A stretch of 59,856 nucleotides of DNA from Candidatus Parvarchaeum sp. (GTDB taxonomy: Archaea; Nanobdellota; Nanobdellia; Pacearchaeales; GW2011-AR1), in contig DYFY01000006.1 of NCBI GenBank assembly GCA_020724955.1, positions 1-59,856 of the forward strand, in the 5' to 3' direction. Position numbers and translations under genes: made by a program. Under the pieces are notes generated by a model. It worked only from the letters and a program-made list of their open reading frames with translations. It had not been told where the DNA came from and made no database searches. Within the stretch, counting starts at the first letter, position 1. Every line of letters begins with the position of its first letter. This document shows positions 15,833 through 24,069 of the stretch, piece after piece.

Positions 15833-16402
15833 ATGGGTAAAAGAGGTATTAGTCCTGTTGTTGCGACAGTTCTAATTTTAGTTATTCTTTTTGTTCTGGT
15901 AAGCATTGTAGCTGTGTTTTCTGTGCCTTTTGTGAGAGAAAGCCTTTCTGGAAGCGAAGACTGTCTTGAAATTCTTGGAAGCACAAAATTTGACGATTCC
16001 AAATATAATTGCAACATAGAAGGTGAAATTAATCCGGGAGAATCTGCTAAGAGAACGGGATTTTCTGTAAAAGTTGACGGGGAGAAAGTAGCTGCTTTGA
16101 GAGTTGCCTTTTTTTCAGGAGGGGCTTCTGATATTGTCGGCCTTGAGCCAGGAGAGCCTGGAGGAGTTTTAAGCCCTAGAGTGAGAATGCTCGGGTATGA
16201 TTTTTGTGATGAAGGATGCACTGCTGGAGCTTTCGAAATTCCAAGCAAAGGAGAGGTTAGGACATATGTTGCTGAAGGATTATTTGACAAAATAGAGGTG
16301 AGTGCTGTTTTGTCTAATGGAAAAGTATGCGATGTAAGCGACCAGATAGAGATAAACCAGTGCATTGATACAGAAGTGGCTAAAAAAATCCTAGAGCATT
16401 AA
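15833..16402 (+). CDS. pilin-like protein with class III signal peptide
   Basis: N-terminus MGKRG/ISPVVATVLILVILFVLV. The first 30 nt are identical to gene 13070, and the body is collinear with the N-terminal domain of the giant pilin. Confidence 0.8.
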   Translation: MGKRGISPVVATVLILVILFVLVSIVAVFSVPFVRESLSGSEDCLEILGSTKFDDSKYNCNIEGEINPGESAKRTGFSVKVDGEKVAALRVAFFSGGASDIVGLEPGEPGGVLSPRVRMLGYDFCDEGCTAGAFEIPSKGEVRTYVAEGLFDKIEVSAVLSNGKVCDVSDQIEINQCIDTEVAKKILEH

Positions 16403-16403
16403 A

Positions 16404-16949
16404 ATGAATAAAAGAAAAGCACAAATATGGGTTGAAACAGTTATCTATACTTTAGTGGGAATAGCTATTATAGCGGTGGCGTTGGCGATAATAACTCCCA
16501 AGATTAATGAGTTCAGAGACAAAGCAGTTATAGAACAGACGATAAACTCGCTGAAGGCAATTGATTCCAGAATAGACAGCGTTGTTTCCGGGGGAAACGG
16601 AAATGTGAGAATAGTTGAATTCAGAATGAAAAAAGGAGAATTTTATGTTGATAAAGAGAAAGAAACTATTTATTACGTTCTGAAAGAAAGCAGGTCTGTT
16701 TATTCTGAGCCCGGGGAAAAGGTGAATTTCGGGAGAATAGAAATAATGACTGAAAAAGAAGAAGGAAGCAAAAATCACAAAGTCAGCCTTACTCTGAATT
16801 ACAGCTCATTTGATATTGATTTTTCCTCTGAGGAGGAAAACCCGTGGAAGATATTTGAAAGCACGACTCCCTATAAACTGAGATTTGAAAATGCCGGGCT
16901 CAATGAAGAAGAAAAAATAAAGGTGCTTTTTGACGTTGTGAGCGGATAA
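16404..16949 (+). CDS. pilin-like protein with class III signal peptide
   Basis: N-terminus MNKRKA/QIWVETVIYTLVGIAIIAVALAII. Confidence 0.7.
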   Translation: MNKRKAQIWVETVIYTLVGIAIIAVALAIITPKINEFRDKAVIEQTINSLKAIDSRIDSVVSGGNGNVRIVEFRMKKGEFYVDKEKETIYYVLKESRSVYSEPGEKVNFGRIEIMTEKEEGSKNHKVSLTLNYSSFDIDFSSEEENPWKIFESTTPYKLRFENAGLNEEEKIKVLFDVVSG

Positions 16950-17043
16950 ATTTTAAAAAAATTACATTAGGCAATAAACAAACCCGATATAATCAGAAGG
17001 TTTAAATAAATTCTCGGGCATCGATGTATGAAAAAGAGGGAAT

Positions 17044-18564
17044 ATGATAAGCATAAATTTGAGGCCGGGGATACCTCCTTTAAAAAGAATTGAGGACAAA
17101 ACAAAAATTGATATCAGGTATTCCTTGATAGCTCCTTATGCGAACGCACATATTTTCTGGGATAAAAAAGAAGGTGAGATTGTCTATGAGGTTGAAGAGC
17201 CGAAGATTAATGAAGAGGACAGAAAAATACTGCAGAAAATAGAGGAAGCGATGGTCGGCCTGATGAATTTGAATGTGGCTGTTGACAACACAATGCAGAG
17301 TATGATAGAATATATAGACAAAACCGCAAAACTTGTCATTGACGAGCTTGACATAAAAATATCTGAAGAGATATACGAGAAAATATTTTATTTCCTTTAC
17401 AGGGATTTCATAGGAATGAATGAAATTGACCCGCTTCTTAAAGATTATTTCATAGAGGATATTGAATGCAACGGAATAGACACCCCTGTTTATGTTGTGC
17501 ACAGAGTATACAGAAATATGAGAACAAACATAATCTTCAAAGACATAGATAAACTGGCGAGTTTTGTTGAAAAGCTTGCGCAGAGAAGCGGGAAATACAT
17601 TTCTTATGCCAATCCTCTTCTGGATGGGAGCCTGCCAGATGGAAGCAGAGTCAATGCCACTTACACAAAAGACGTTACGTCAAGAGGGCCGACATTTACA
17701 ATCAGAAAGTTCACCAAAATACCCTGGACTCCGACACAGCTTATCGCCTTAAATACTTTAAGCCCTGAAATGCTCGCTTATTTCTGGATTCTTATGGAAT
17801 ATAAAGCCAATGTCCTTATTACCGGCGGAACTTCTTCCGGAAAGACGACTCTCTTAAATGCCATGACTTTTTTTATACCTCCAGAGGCAAGGGTAATTTC
17901 AATTGAAGACACCAGAGAGCTTAATCTCCCAAGAGAAAACTGGCTTCCTGCAGTTGCCAGGGCATCTGTGGGTGTTGGAAAAGTCGGAGAGGTGGATTTG
18001 TTTGACCTTTTAAAAAACTCTTTTAGGCAGAATCCCGACTATGTAATTGTCGGAGAGGTCAGGGGAAAAGAAGCCTATGTCCTGTTTCAAGGAATGGCCT
18101 CTGGACACCCCTCAATAAGCACCCTTCACGCAGATTCCCTCGACACAGTGATAAGGAGGCTCCAGACTCCTCCTATAAACCTCTCTCCAACTCTTGTAAA
18201 TTCGCTTGATTGCATAGCTGTTATGGCTCACGCTTTGATTAAGAAAAAACACACAAGAAGGCTGAGAGAAATAATAGAAGTCGTGAATGTTGATAAATCC
18301 GGCTCAACACTAATCAACACCCCATTTATATGGGACCCTTCACATGACGTTTTTTATTTCAAAAAACAAAGCAGAGTGTTTGAAAAAATATCCGCCAGAT
18401 ACGGAATATCCATTCCTGAAATTGAAGCTGAGTTTCTCAGAAGAGCAAAACTTCTCTTCAATCTTTACAAAGGAAAAATTTTTGCTTTTGAAGACATGAG
18501 AAAAATAATAAACGCTTATTATAAAAATCCAAAAAACGTTTTGGAGAAATACGGCGTTTCGTGA
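17044..18564 (+). CDS. type IV filament assembly ATPase (GspE/FlaI/PilB family)
   Basis: Walker A GGTSSGKTT, Asp box ISIEDTRELNL, Walker B DYVIVGEVRG, His box GHPSISTLHA. Confidence 0.9.
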   Translation: MISINLRPGIPPLKRIEDKTKIDIRYSLIAPYANAHIFWDKKEGEIVYEVEEPKINEEDRKILQKIEEAMVGLMNLNVAVDNTMQSMIEYIDKTAKLVIDELDIKISEEIYEKIFYFLYRDFIGMNEIDPLLKDYFIEDIECNGIDTPVYVVHRVYRNMRTNIIFKDIDKLASFVEKLAQRSGKYISYANPLLDGSLPDGSRVNATYTKDVTSRGPTFTIRKFTKIPWTPTQLIALNTLSPEMLAYFWILMEYKANVLITGGTSSGKTTLLNAMTFFIPPEARVISIEDTRELNLPRENWLPAVARASVGVGKVGEVDLFDLLKNSFRQNPDYVIVGEVRGKEAYVLFQGMASGHPSISTLHADSLDTVIRRLQTPPINLSPTLVNSLDCIAVMAHALIKKKHTRRLREIIEVVNVDKSGSTLINTPFIWDPSHDVFYFKKQSRVFEKISARYGISIPEIEAEFLRRAKLLFNLYKGKIFAFEDMRKIINAYYKNPKNVLEKYGVS

Positions 18565-18662
18565 TGCTGAATTTAAAATAGTTACTGCCCATAAAAATTT
18601 TCTAAAATAGTACGGGCTTGGCTATAGGCTAAATATTTAAACGCGTTTTTTCTTTAAAGATT

Positions 18663-18836
18663 ATGAATAATCAAGAGGTTGTGCTTTTGTCTCAGCTCCT
18701 GCATTCTATGAAAAAGCTCAGCCAGAGGATTGAAAAATTTTTTCACGAAAAAGATTATGAAAACCTTGAGCTCGCTAAAAAGGAGATGCTTGTCATGCAA
18801 AGCAGAGTTGAGGAGATTTTGAAAAATGATAAATGA
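18663..18836 (+). CDS. small helical protein, 57 aa (below track cutoff)
   Basis: Manual translation gives MNNQEVVLLSQLLHSMKKLSQRIEKFFHEKDYENLELAKKEMLVMQSRVEEILKNDK. Overlaps the start of the next gene. Preferred over antisense ORF 18654..18893. Confidence 0.4.
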   Translation: MNNQEVVLLSQLLHSMKKLSQRIEKFFHEKDYENLELAKKEMLVMQSRVEEILKNDK

Positions 18837-20148
18837 TCTCAAACAGAATATTGACGGATCTATAGAAATATTAAAAGAAATAGCCGGGTTCATGAAGCTG
18901 ATTGATGAAGCGGATTATACCGAAGAGAAGATACTTAGAGAGGTAATAGAATCTGACAGGAAAAAACTAAGGATAATTAACAGCTCGCTTCCGGAAATTT
19001 TAAAGGGGATTTCACTGGAAAAGAAAATAAAAGGCGCTGAAAAAAACAGCATACAAAAGATTGAGATTGACAGCAAAAACCTTTCCGGCACAATATCCTC
19101 TGGGAAGGGTTCTGTCATAGTTAGCCTGAACAAAAAAGACAGGGAAAAATTCCTGAATGAGCTTCACATAAGCCTGAGACTCCTGAAAAAGCTGAAGAAA
19201 AAGAGCTCTGAGAAAAAGGAAAAATCGGAAGAATATCAAAAAACAAGGGGATACGCCAAGTTTGCAAACGCCCTTTTCAGGAAAAAATCAGAATCATTGC
19301 TTGAGAAAAAATACCTCTTAAAAATGCAACAAGACTTGAGAAAAAGCGACATGAACATTCTCGCAGTCACTTACGTTTCAATGGGTCTGCTGAGCACTCT
19401 TCTTTCTTTTCTCGCCGGAACAGCGGTATTTATTTTTTTGATGTTTTTTGACATCAGTCTGTCAGTTCCTTTTTTTTCCATGTATCAGGGAGGTTTTATT
19501 GAGAGAATCCTAAAAACCTTCTGGATAATAATAATTTTTCCTGTTTTGACTGCCACAGGATTCTATTTTTACCCTTACACTGAAAAAAAATCGATTGAAG
19601 CAAAAATAAACAACGAGCTTCCTTTTGTTGCAATTCATATGGCTTCAATTTCTGGAAGCGGGATTGAACCCAGCCAGATTTTCAAGATAATGGCTTTAAG
19701 CAGAGACTATAAATACACTGGAAAACAGATGAGAAAACTTCTAAATCAGATTAATGTTTACGGATATGACCTCGCTACTGCCCTGAAAAACTCCGCAAAA
19801 AATTCTCCAAGCGACAGGCTGTCCGAGCTTTTTAAAGGGCTTGCCAGCTCAATAATGACCGGAGGAGATTTAAACGAGTTTTTGGAAAAGAGATCTGAAA
19901 CCCTGCTCCTGCAATACAGGCTGGAAAGGGAAAAATTCGCCAAAACTGCCGAAACTTTCATGGATATTTACATAAGCCTTGTTATTGCGGCGCCTATGAT
20001 TCTGCTTTTGCTTCTGATTATGATATCCATCTCAGGACTCGGCTTTGGAGTCAGTCCTGGAGTTTTCACCTTCGGAATAGCTTCCTCCGTGGCTTTCATA
20101 AACATAATTTTCCTTGTCTTGCTTGGAGCAAAACAGCCGGGATATTAA
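18826..20148 (+). CDS. FlaJ/TadC-like platform membrane protein (single T2SS-F domain) with ~170-aa charged N-terminal domain
   Basis: NELPFVAIHMASISGSGIEPSQIF..YGYDLATALKNSA..MTGGDLNEFLEKRSE is flanked by TM helices. Confidence 0.8.
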   Translation: MINDLKQNIDGSIEILKEIAGFMKLIDEADYTEEKILREVIESDRKKLRIINSSLPEILKGISLEKKIKGAEKNSIQKIEIDSKNLSGTISSGKGSVIVSLNKKDREKFLNELHISLRLLKKLKKKSSEKKEKSEEYQKTRGYAKFANALFRKKSESLLEKKYLLKMQQDLRKSDMNILAVTYVSMGLLSTLLSFLAGTAVFIFLMFFDISLSVPFFSMYQGGFIERILKTFWIIIIFPVLTATGFYFYPYTEKKSIEAKINNELPFVAIHMASISGSGIEPSQIFKIMALSRDYKYTGKQMRKLLNQINVYGYDLATALKNSAKNSPSDRLSELFKGLASSIMTGGDLNEFLEKRSETLLLQYRLEREKFAKTAETFMDIYISLVIAAPMILLLLLIMISISGLGFGVSPGVFTFGIASSVAFINIIFLVLLGAKQPGY

Positions 20149-20149
20149 A

Positions 20150-21013
20150 ATGGAACTTAAAAAAATGCATTGGGTTGGAATAATTATAGGAGCTTTAATA
20201 CTAGTTGTGGATTTTTTGTTTTTGATGGGAGATAAGGTCTTCTTTTTTCTGATAGGAATCGCGCTCACCAGTTTTTTGCTTCCGGTTTTGGTAAGCCTGA
20301 TTCTGGAGAGCAAAAGGGACCAGGAGCTGAACCAGCAATTTCTTGAGTTTTCCAGAAATCTCGCTGAAAGCGTCAAGTCTGGAACCCCTGTTGGAAAAAG
20401 CATAATAAACATGAAAGACAAGGATTTCGGAGCATTAAGTCCTTTTGTAACAAAACTAGCCAACCAGATTTCAATAGGGATTCCGATAAGCAAAGCTCTG
20501 CAGAACTTTTCGAACGAAACAGACAGCGTCGTCATTAAAAGAGCAGTCACTTTGATAAGAGAGGCTGAAAACGCCGGAGGAGAGATAGAGAACATACTTG
20601 ACTCCGTCGCTGATTCTATCTATCAGGTTGAGAAGCTTAAAAAAGAAAGAAAAGCGGCGATATCAAGCCTTGTCGTGCAGGGATATATAATTTTTCTTGT
20701 TTTCCTCGGAATAATGCTCATTATGGAATTCAAGATACTGCCTATAACTGCTGACATCGGCTCGATAGGAAGCCTGGCAAACGCAGGAGATCTTGGCTCT
20801 GGGGATTTAAGCTCGCTTGACAACAAGACTTCGGGAGTTAGTGCAGAACAGCTGGCCAGACCTTTTCTTTATCTTCTCATAGTGCAGGGATTTTTTGCAG
20901 GATTGGTTATAGGAAAGCTCTCTGAGGGAAGCGTTAGATATGGGTTCAAACACTCAATAATCCTGATTATAATTGCCTTTCTGACTTCAACCGGAGCTAG
21001 GGTCTTTTTATAA
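20150..21013 (+). CDS. second FlaJ/TadB-like platform membrane protein (single T2SS-F domain)
   Basis: ELNQQFLEFSRNLAESVKSGTPVGKSI..GIPISKALQNFS..AENAGGEIENILDSVA plus TM helices. The ATG at 20150, 2 nt after the previous stop, is preferred to the TTG at 20114. Confidence 0.8.
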   Translation: MELKKMHWVGIIIGALILVVDFLFLMGDKVFFFLIGIALTSFLLPVLVSLILESKRDQELNQQFLEFSRNLAESVKSGTPVGKSIINMKDKDFGALSPFVTKLANQISIGIPISKALQNFSNETDSVVIKRAVTLIREAENAGGEIENILDSVADSIYQVEKLKKERKAAISSLVVQGYIIFLVFLGIMLIMEFKILPITADIGSIGSLANAGDLGSGDLSSLDNKTSGVSAEQLARPFLYLLIVQGFFAGLVIGKLSEGSVRYGFKHSIILIIIAFLTSTGARVFL

Positions 21014-21716
21014 CATAAAAAATCTCGTTAGGTATCTTAAAAGTTTTGAACTTAAAATTGAGTCTTTTTATGAGGTTTTCAAACCAAAAACGCCTTGGCG
21101 AGCTCATCGGCCTGCCTGAAATTTTTTTTGTTGAAAAGCTGACAATTATGCTTTGAGAGGGCAACGCAGATAATATCTCTTCTGCATTTTTATGCCCTTT
21201 TTTGTCTATCAAATCAAAAACTTTAAGGATTAGCGTCAAATCAGCTGCAGGGAAATCTCTTGAGCTTCTCAAATCCTGATAATAAACCTTTCCTTTTATT
21301 TTCTTTTTTCTGAAAAAATCCGACAGGGCTCTTAAATCTGACTCGTTTATATCCGACGCATAATATCTGATTCCAGGCGTTGCGATTGCCATTGGGTTAA
21401 GCCCGCAGCCCAAATCCAATATTGATTTTGGATTGAGCTTTTTTATCTCTTCTATCAGGATATGATAATAGGGCATTCTTTCATTTGAAGAAATATGGCT
21501 TTCAAGAAGCTTTGATTTTTTTATATTTTTTCTGTATTGCCCTGCATATCTCCTAAGCTCTGCCCTTGCCTCCTTCAGCAATATTTTTTCCGATTTCTTG
21601 TCCAGCTTTTGCGGATAGCCGTTTTTTGCCAAAATTTCGCTGAGCACGGAGGACACGAACTCGTCGGACAAGCCCGAAAGCTCTTTTTTGCTTTTTATTT
21701 TTTTTATTAAATCCAT
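20997..21716 (-). CDS. ArmA/RmtB (FmrO) family 16S rRNA (guanine-N7) methyltransferase homolog
   Basis: The sequence is collinear with recalled ArmA/RmtB blocks: HISSNER (HSSTNER), ILDLGCGLNPMAI (ILDFGCGFNPLAL), YYASDIN (YHAYDID), ADLTLILKVFDLI, IIVSFSTKKISGR (FVISFPIKSLSGK), WFENL, NEIFYVIK. Confidence 0.65.
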   Translation of the reverse strand: MDLIKKIKSKKELSGLSDEFVSSVLSEILAKNGYPQKLDKKSEKILLKEARAELRRYAGQYRKNIKKSKLLESHISSNERMPYYHILIEEIKKLNPKSILDLGCGLNPMAIATPGIRYYASDINESDLRALSDFFRKKKIKGKVYYQDLRSSRDFPAADLTLILKVFDLIDKKGHKNAEEILSALPSQSIIVSFSTKKISGRPMSSPRRFWFENLIKRLNFKFKTFKIPNEIFYVIKRP

Positions 21717-21737
21717 TTAAAAAGGAGAAGCAAGTTA

Positions 21738-21745
21738 TTTAAATA
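21738..21745 (+). promoter_or_regulatory. TATA box of pilin genes 21765/22472
   Basis: TTTAAATA is centred ~24 nt upstream of the ATG. Confidence 0.45.
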
Positions 21746-21764
21746 AGATTTTGCTTTTGAGCTT

Positions 21765-22478
21765 ATGGAAAAAAGAGGGCTGGCTCATGTTGAGGTGATT
21801 ATATCAACTGTGCTTTTTATAGGATTTGTCTTTTTTGCAATTCTGTTTTTCAACCCTCTTGACGTAGAGCAAAGCGTGGATTCATCAGCCCATTACGCTC
21901 TGTCAGGTGTAGAAAGAGAAGTCAGCTCTGAAATGCTGGTTTATTCAATAGCTGTAAAAAACGAAGACCCTCAAAACCCGTTTCAAGACCCTCTGAGAAT
22001 TCCCTTGGAAAACCCGAAAGGATATAAAGTGAGAGTTGAGGACAAAAAAGGCAACAAGCTCCCTGCAACTTACGATTATAGTGAAAACAAAGTTGAAATA
22101 ACTTCAAGAGGAGAGAGGTTCTTCACAGTGAAGTTTTCTGATGTTTTTGTGGATGGAGATTCCCAGGGAGGCGGAACAAATTTGAACATTTTCCAATATG
22201 ATATTTCAAGCTATGCGGAAAAAGAAATCTGGGCTGAATCAAAAATGAAAAGCCTTGCGCAAGAATACGAAGAAGATTATAATGGTTTGAGAAAAAAGCT
22301 TAACCTTCCTTCAAATGTTGATTTTGCATTTCAGTTTAACAATCCGGAAGAAAATGTCATAAAAGGAGAAAGAGAGGCTCCTGAAGATGTTGTTGTTTTC
22401 AGCCTTAATGAAAGAAATGAAATGGCTCTAGAAGATGGCTCTTCAGGCTTTTCTGAGCTTAAGATAAAAACATGGTGA
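21765..22478 (+). CDS. pilin-like protein with class III signal peptide
   Basis: N-terminus MEKRG/LAHVEVIISTVLFIGFVFFAILFF. Confidence 0.65.
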   Translation: MEKRGLAHVEVIISTVLFIGFVFFAILFFNPLDVEQSVDSSAHYALSGVEREVSSEMLVYSIAVKNEDPQNPFQDPLRIPLENPKGYKVRVEDKKGNKLPATYDYSENKVEITSRGERFFTVKFSDVFVDGDSQGGGTNLNIFQYDISSYAEKEIWAESKMKSLAQEYEEDYNGLRKKLNLPSNVDFAFQFNNPEENVIKGEREAPEDVVVFSLNERNEMALEDGSSGFSELKIKTW

Positions 22479-22906
22479 TGGACAGGAAAGGAATAATAAG
22501 GATAATTGAGGCAAGTATATCTATAATAATAGTCATTGCAGCGCTGTTTTTTGTTTTTATCCAGTCAAACAGCTCTTCTGTTGCGGAAGAAGATTATAAT
22601 GAACTTGCGAGGGACCTTCTTGAAGAAATCGCAATAACTCCAAAAATGAGGCAGGCTGTTCTAACAGACCCTGGAGTGCAAAGAGGATTTGCTTCTCCTG
22701 ATATAGATGAATTTTTGGCAGAAAGGCTGAAAGAATATCCTTTGAATTATTCTTATAAGATATGCAAAATTGACGATGCCTGCGGTCCTGACAGATTTAT
22801 AGAATCTGAAGATATATTTGCACAGGAAAGAGTGATAAGCGGGGATGTTACTAAACCGAAGCTGGCACCTAAAAAAATAAGGCTGTTCTTATGGAAAAAA
22901 ACTTAA
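22472..22906 (+). CDS. pilin-like protein with class III signal peptide
   Basis: N-terminus MDRKG/IIRIIEASISIIIVIAALFFVF. Confidence 0.65.
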   Translation: MVMDRKGIIRIIEASISIIIVIAALFFVFIQSNSSSVAEEDYNELARDLLEEIAITPKMRQAVLTDPGVQRGFASPDIDEFLAERLKEYPLNYSYKICKIDDACGPDRFIESEDIFAQERVISGDVTKPKLAPKKIRLFLWKKT

Positions 22907-23319
22907 AAAAATTTGAGTTTGTTGAGCATACGGCTGATGTGAAATTCAAGGCATACGGGAGGAGTTTGGATGAGGTTTTCGAGAACTCTGTGTTTGCTTT
23001 TTCAAAAATCACTGCCGGGAAGAAAAAGATAAAAAGAGCAAAGAAAAAAAATCTGAAAATCAAAGGAAAGGGAGCTGAAAACCTGATTTATAATTTAATC
23101 AATGAACTTGTTTATCTTCTTGACGCTGAAAATTTCATCGCATCAGATGCAAGAATAAAAGTAAGCGATGACCTCAAACAACTCGAAGCTGAAATATACG
23201 GAGACAGCTCTGAAAAATACAGGGGGCTTTTCCACATAAAGTCAGCAACTTATCACGACATATTTTTGAAGCGGAACAAAAACAATTTGTGGGAAGCCCA
23301 GGTTGTGGTCGATGTGTGA
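22891..23319 (+). CDS. archease (RtcB activator)
   Basis: FEFVEHTADVKFKAYGRSLDEVFEN and the C-terminal KSATYHD.. are archease hallmarks. There is a Lys-rich insert, GKKKIKRAKKKNLKIKGKG. Confidence 0.85.
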   Translation: MEKNLKKFEFVEHTADVKFKAYGRSLDEVFENSVFAFSKITAGKKKIKRAKKKNLKIKGKGAENLIYNLINELVYLLDAENFIASDARIKVSDDLKQLEAEIYGDSSEKYRGLFHIKSATYHDIFLKRNKNNLWEAQVVVDV

Positions 23320-23453
23320 AAAAAGCATCTCTGATAAGAGTTAACTAGCAGGGTTTAATCAAGTTTAACTAAATTAAGTATTAATTAAAATTCCTTATTT
23401 TTTGGAAAATAAATTTTTCTACTTACAGAAGATTGATAACAAGTCAATTGTAG

Positions 23454-23885
23454 CTATTCTTGTTTAACTCTTTCAACAGAATAAGTAGTTCCTTTGGAAG
23501 TTTCAAGTGGTCTAACTAACAAATCAAGCTGCTCCCTTTTTCTCTCTTCACCCAATTCAAACACCCCGAGAGACCTACCTTTACTTATTAGAGGAGTGTA
23601 AATTACATCAAGTGTAAATCTTCGAGTATCTCCTTGTACTTCATATTTTTCTGGATTAAATTCGTGTATCACTAATGACTCCTGTCCTGTTAGCAGGTGC
23701 AAATTCTCGTAAAAAAATGTAGTAAAATCAAAATTTGGGTCGTTAGTTTTTATTACTATTCTATCTAAACCAGTGAATTCAGATAAACCAGTGAATTCAG
23801 ATAAACCAGTGAATTCAGAAGTACTTGTAAAACTACTTCCACCGGCTGTGGTGCTGTATTTGGTATGAACTATTCTTGGGTCCAT
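23454..23885 (-). CDS. hypothetical protein with SEFTGL x3 tandem repeat
   Basis: 143-aa ORF with no recognised domain. Lies antisense between archease and rtcB, with >130-bp spacers on both sides. Confidence 0.5.
   Translation of the reverse strand: MDPRIVHTKYSTTAGGSSFTSTSEFTGLSEFTGLSEFTGLDRIVIKTNDPNFDFTTFFYENLHLLTGQESLVIHEFNPEKYEVQGDTRRFTLDVIYTPLISKGRSLGVFELGEERKREQLDLLVRPLETSKGTTYSVERVKQE
23768..23820. repeat. 18-bp tandem repeat, ~2.9 copies (AACCAGTGAATTCAGATA)
   Basis: Read directly; it encodes SEFTGL repeats in the minus-strand ORF. Confidence 0.9.
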
Positions 23886-24069
23886 TCTAATTACTCTTTT
23901 AATCGATTTTTAAATCTTCCTATTAAGCGAACTTTGTGTTATCTGAAAATTGGTTTATAAGAGCAAATAATTGAACTAGAATTATTAGATTTCATCATTT
24001 TCACATTTATTTCTCATCTATCGAATCAGCAAGAAAGAAGTTTTATAAGCTGTTTTACTTTATCTCAGT

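Noticed and set aside
15769-16365. 198-aa minus-strand ORF
   Set aside because: It is antisense to the pilin-like gene 15833..16402, whose N-terminus and promoter geometry are well supported. The composition is low-complexity and Ser/Pro/Thr-rich.
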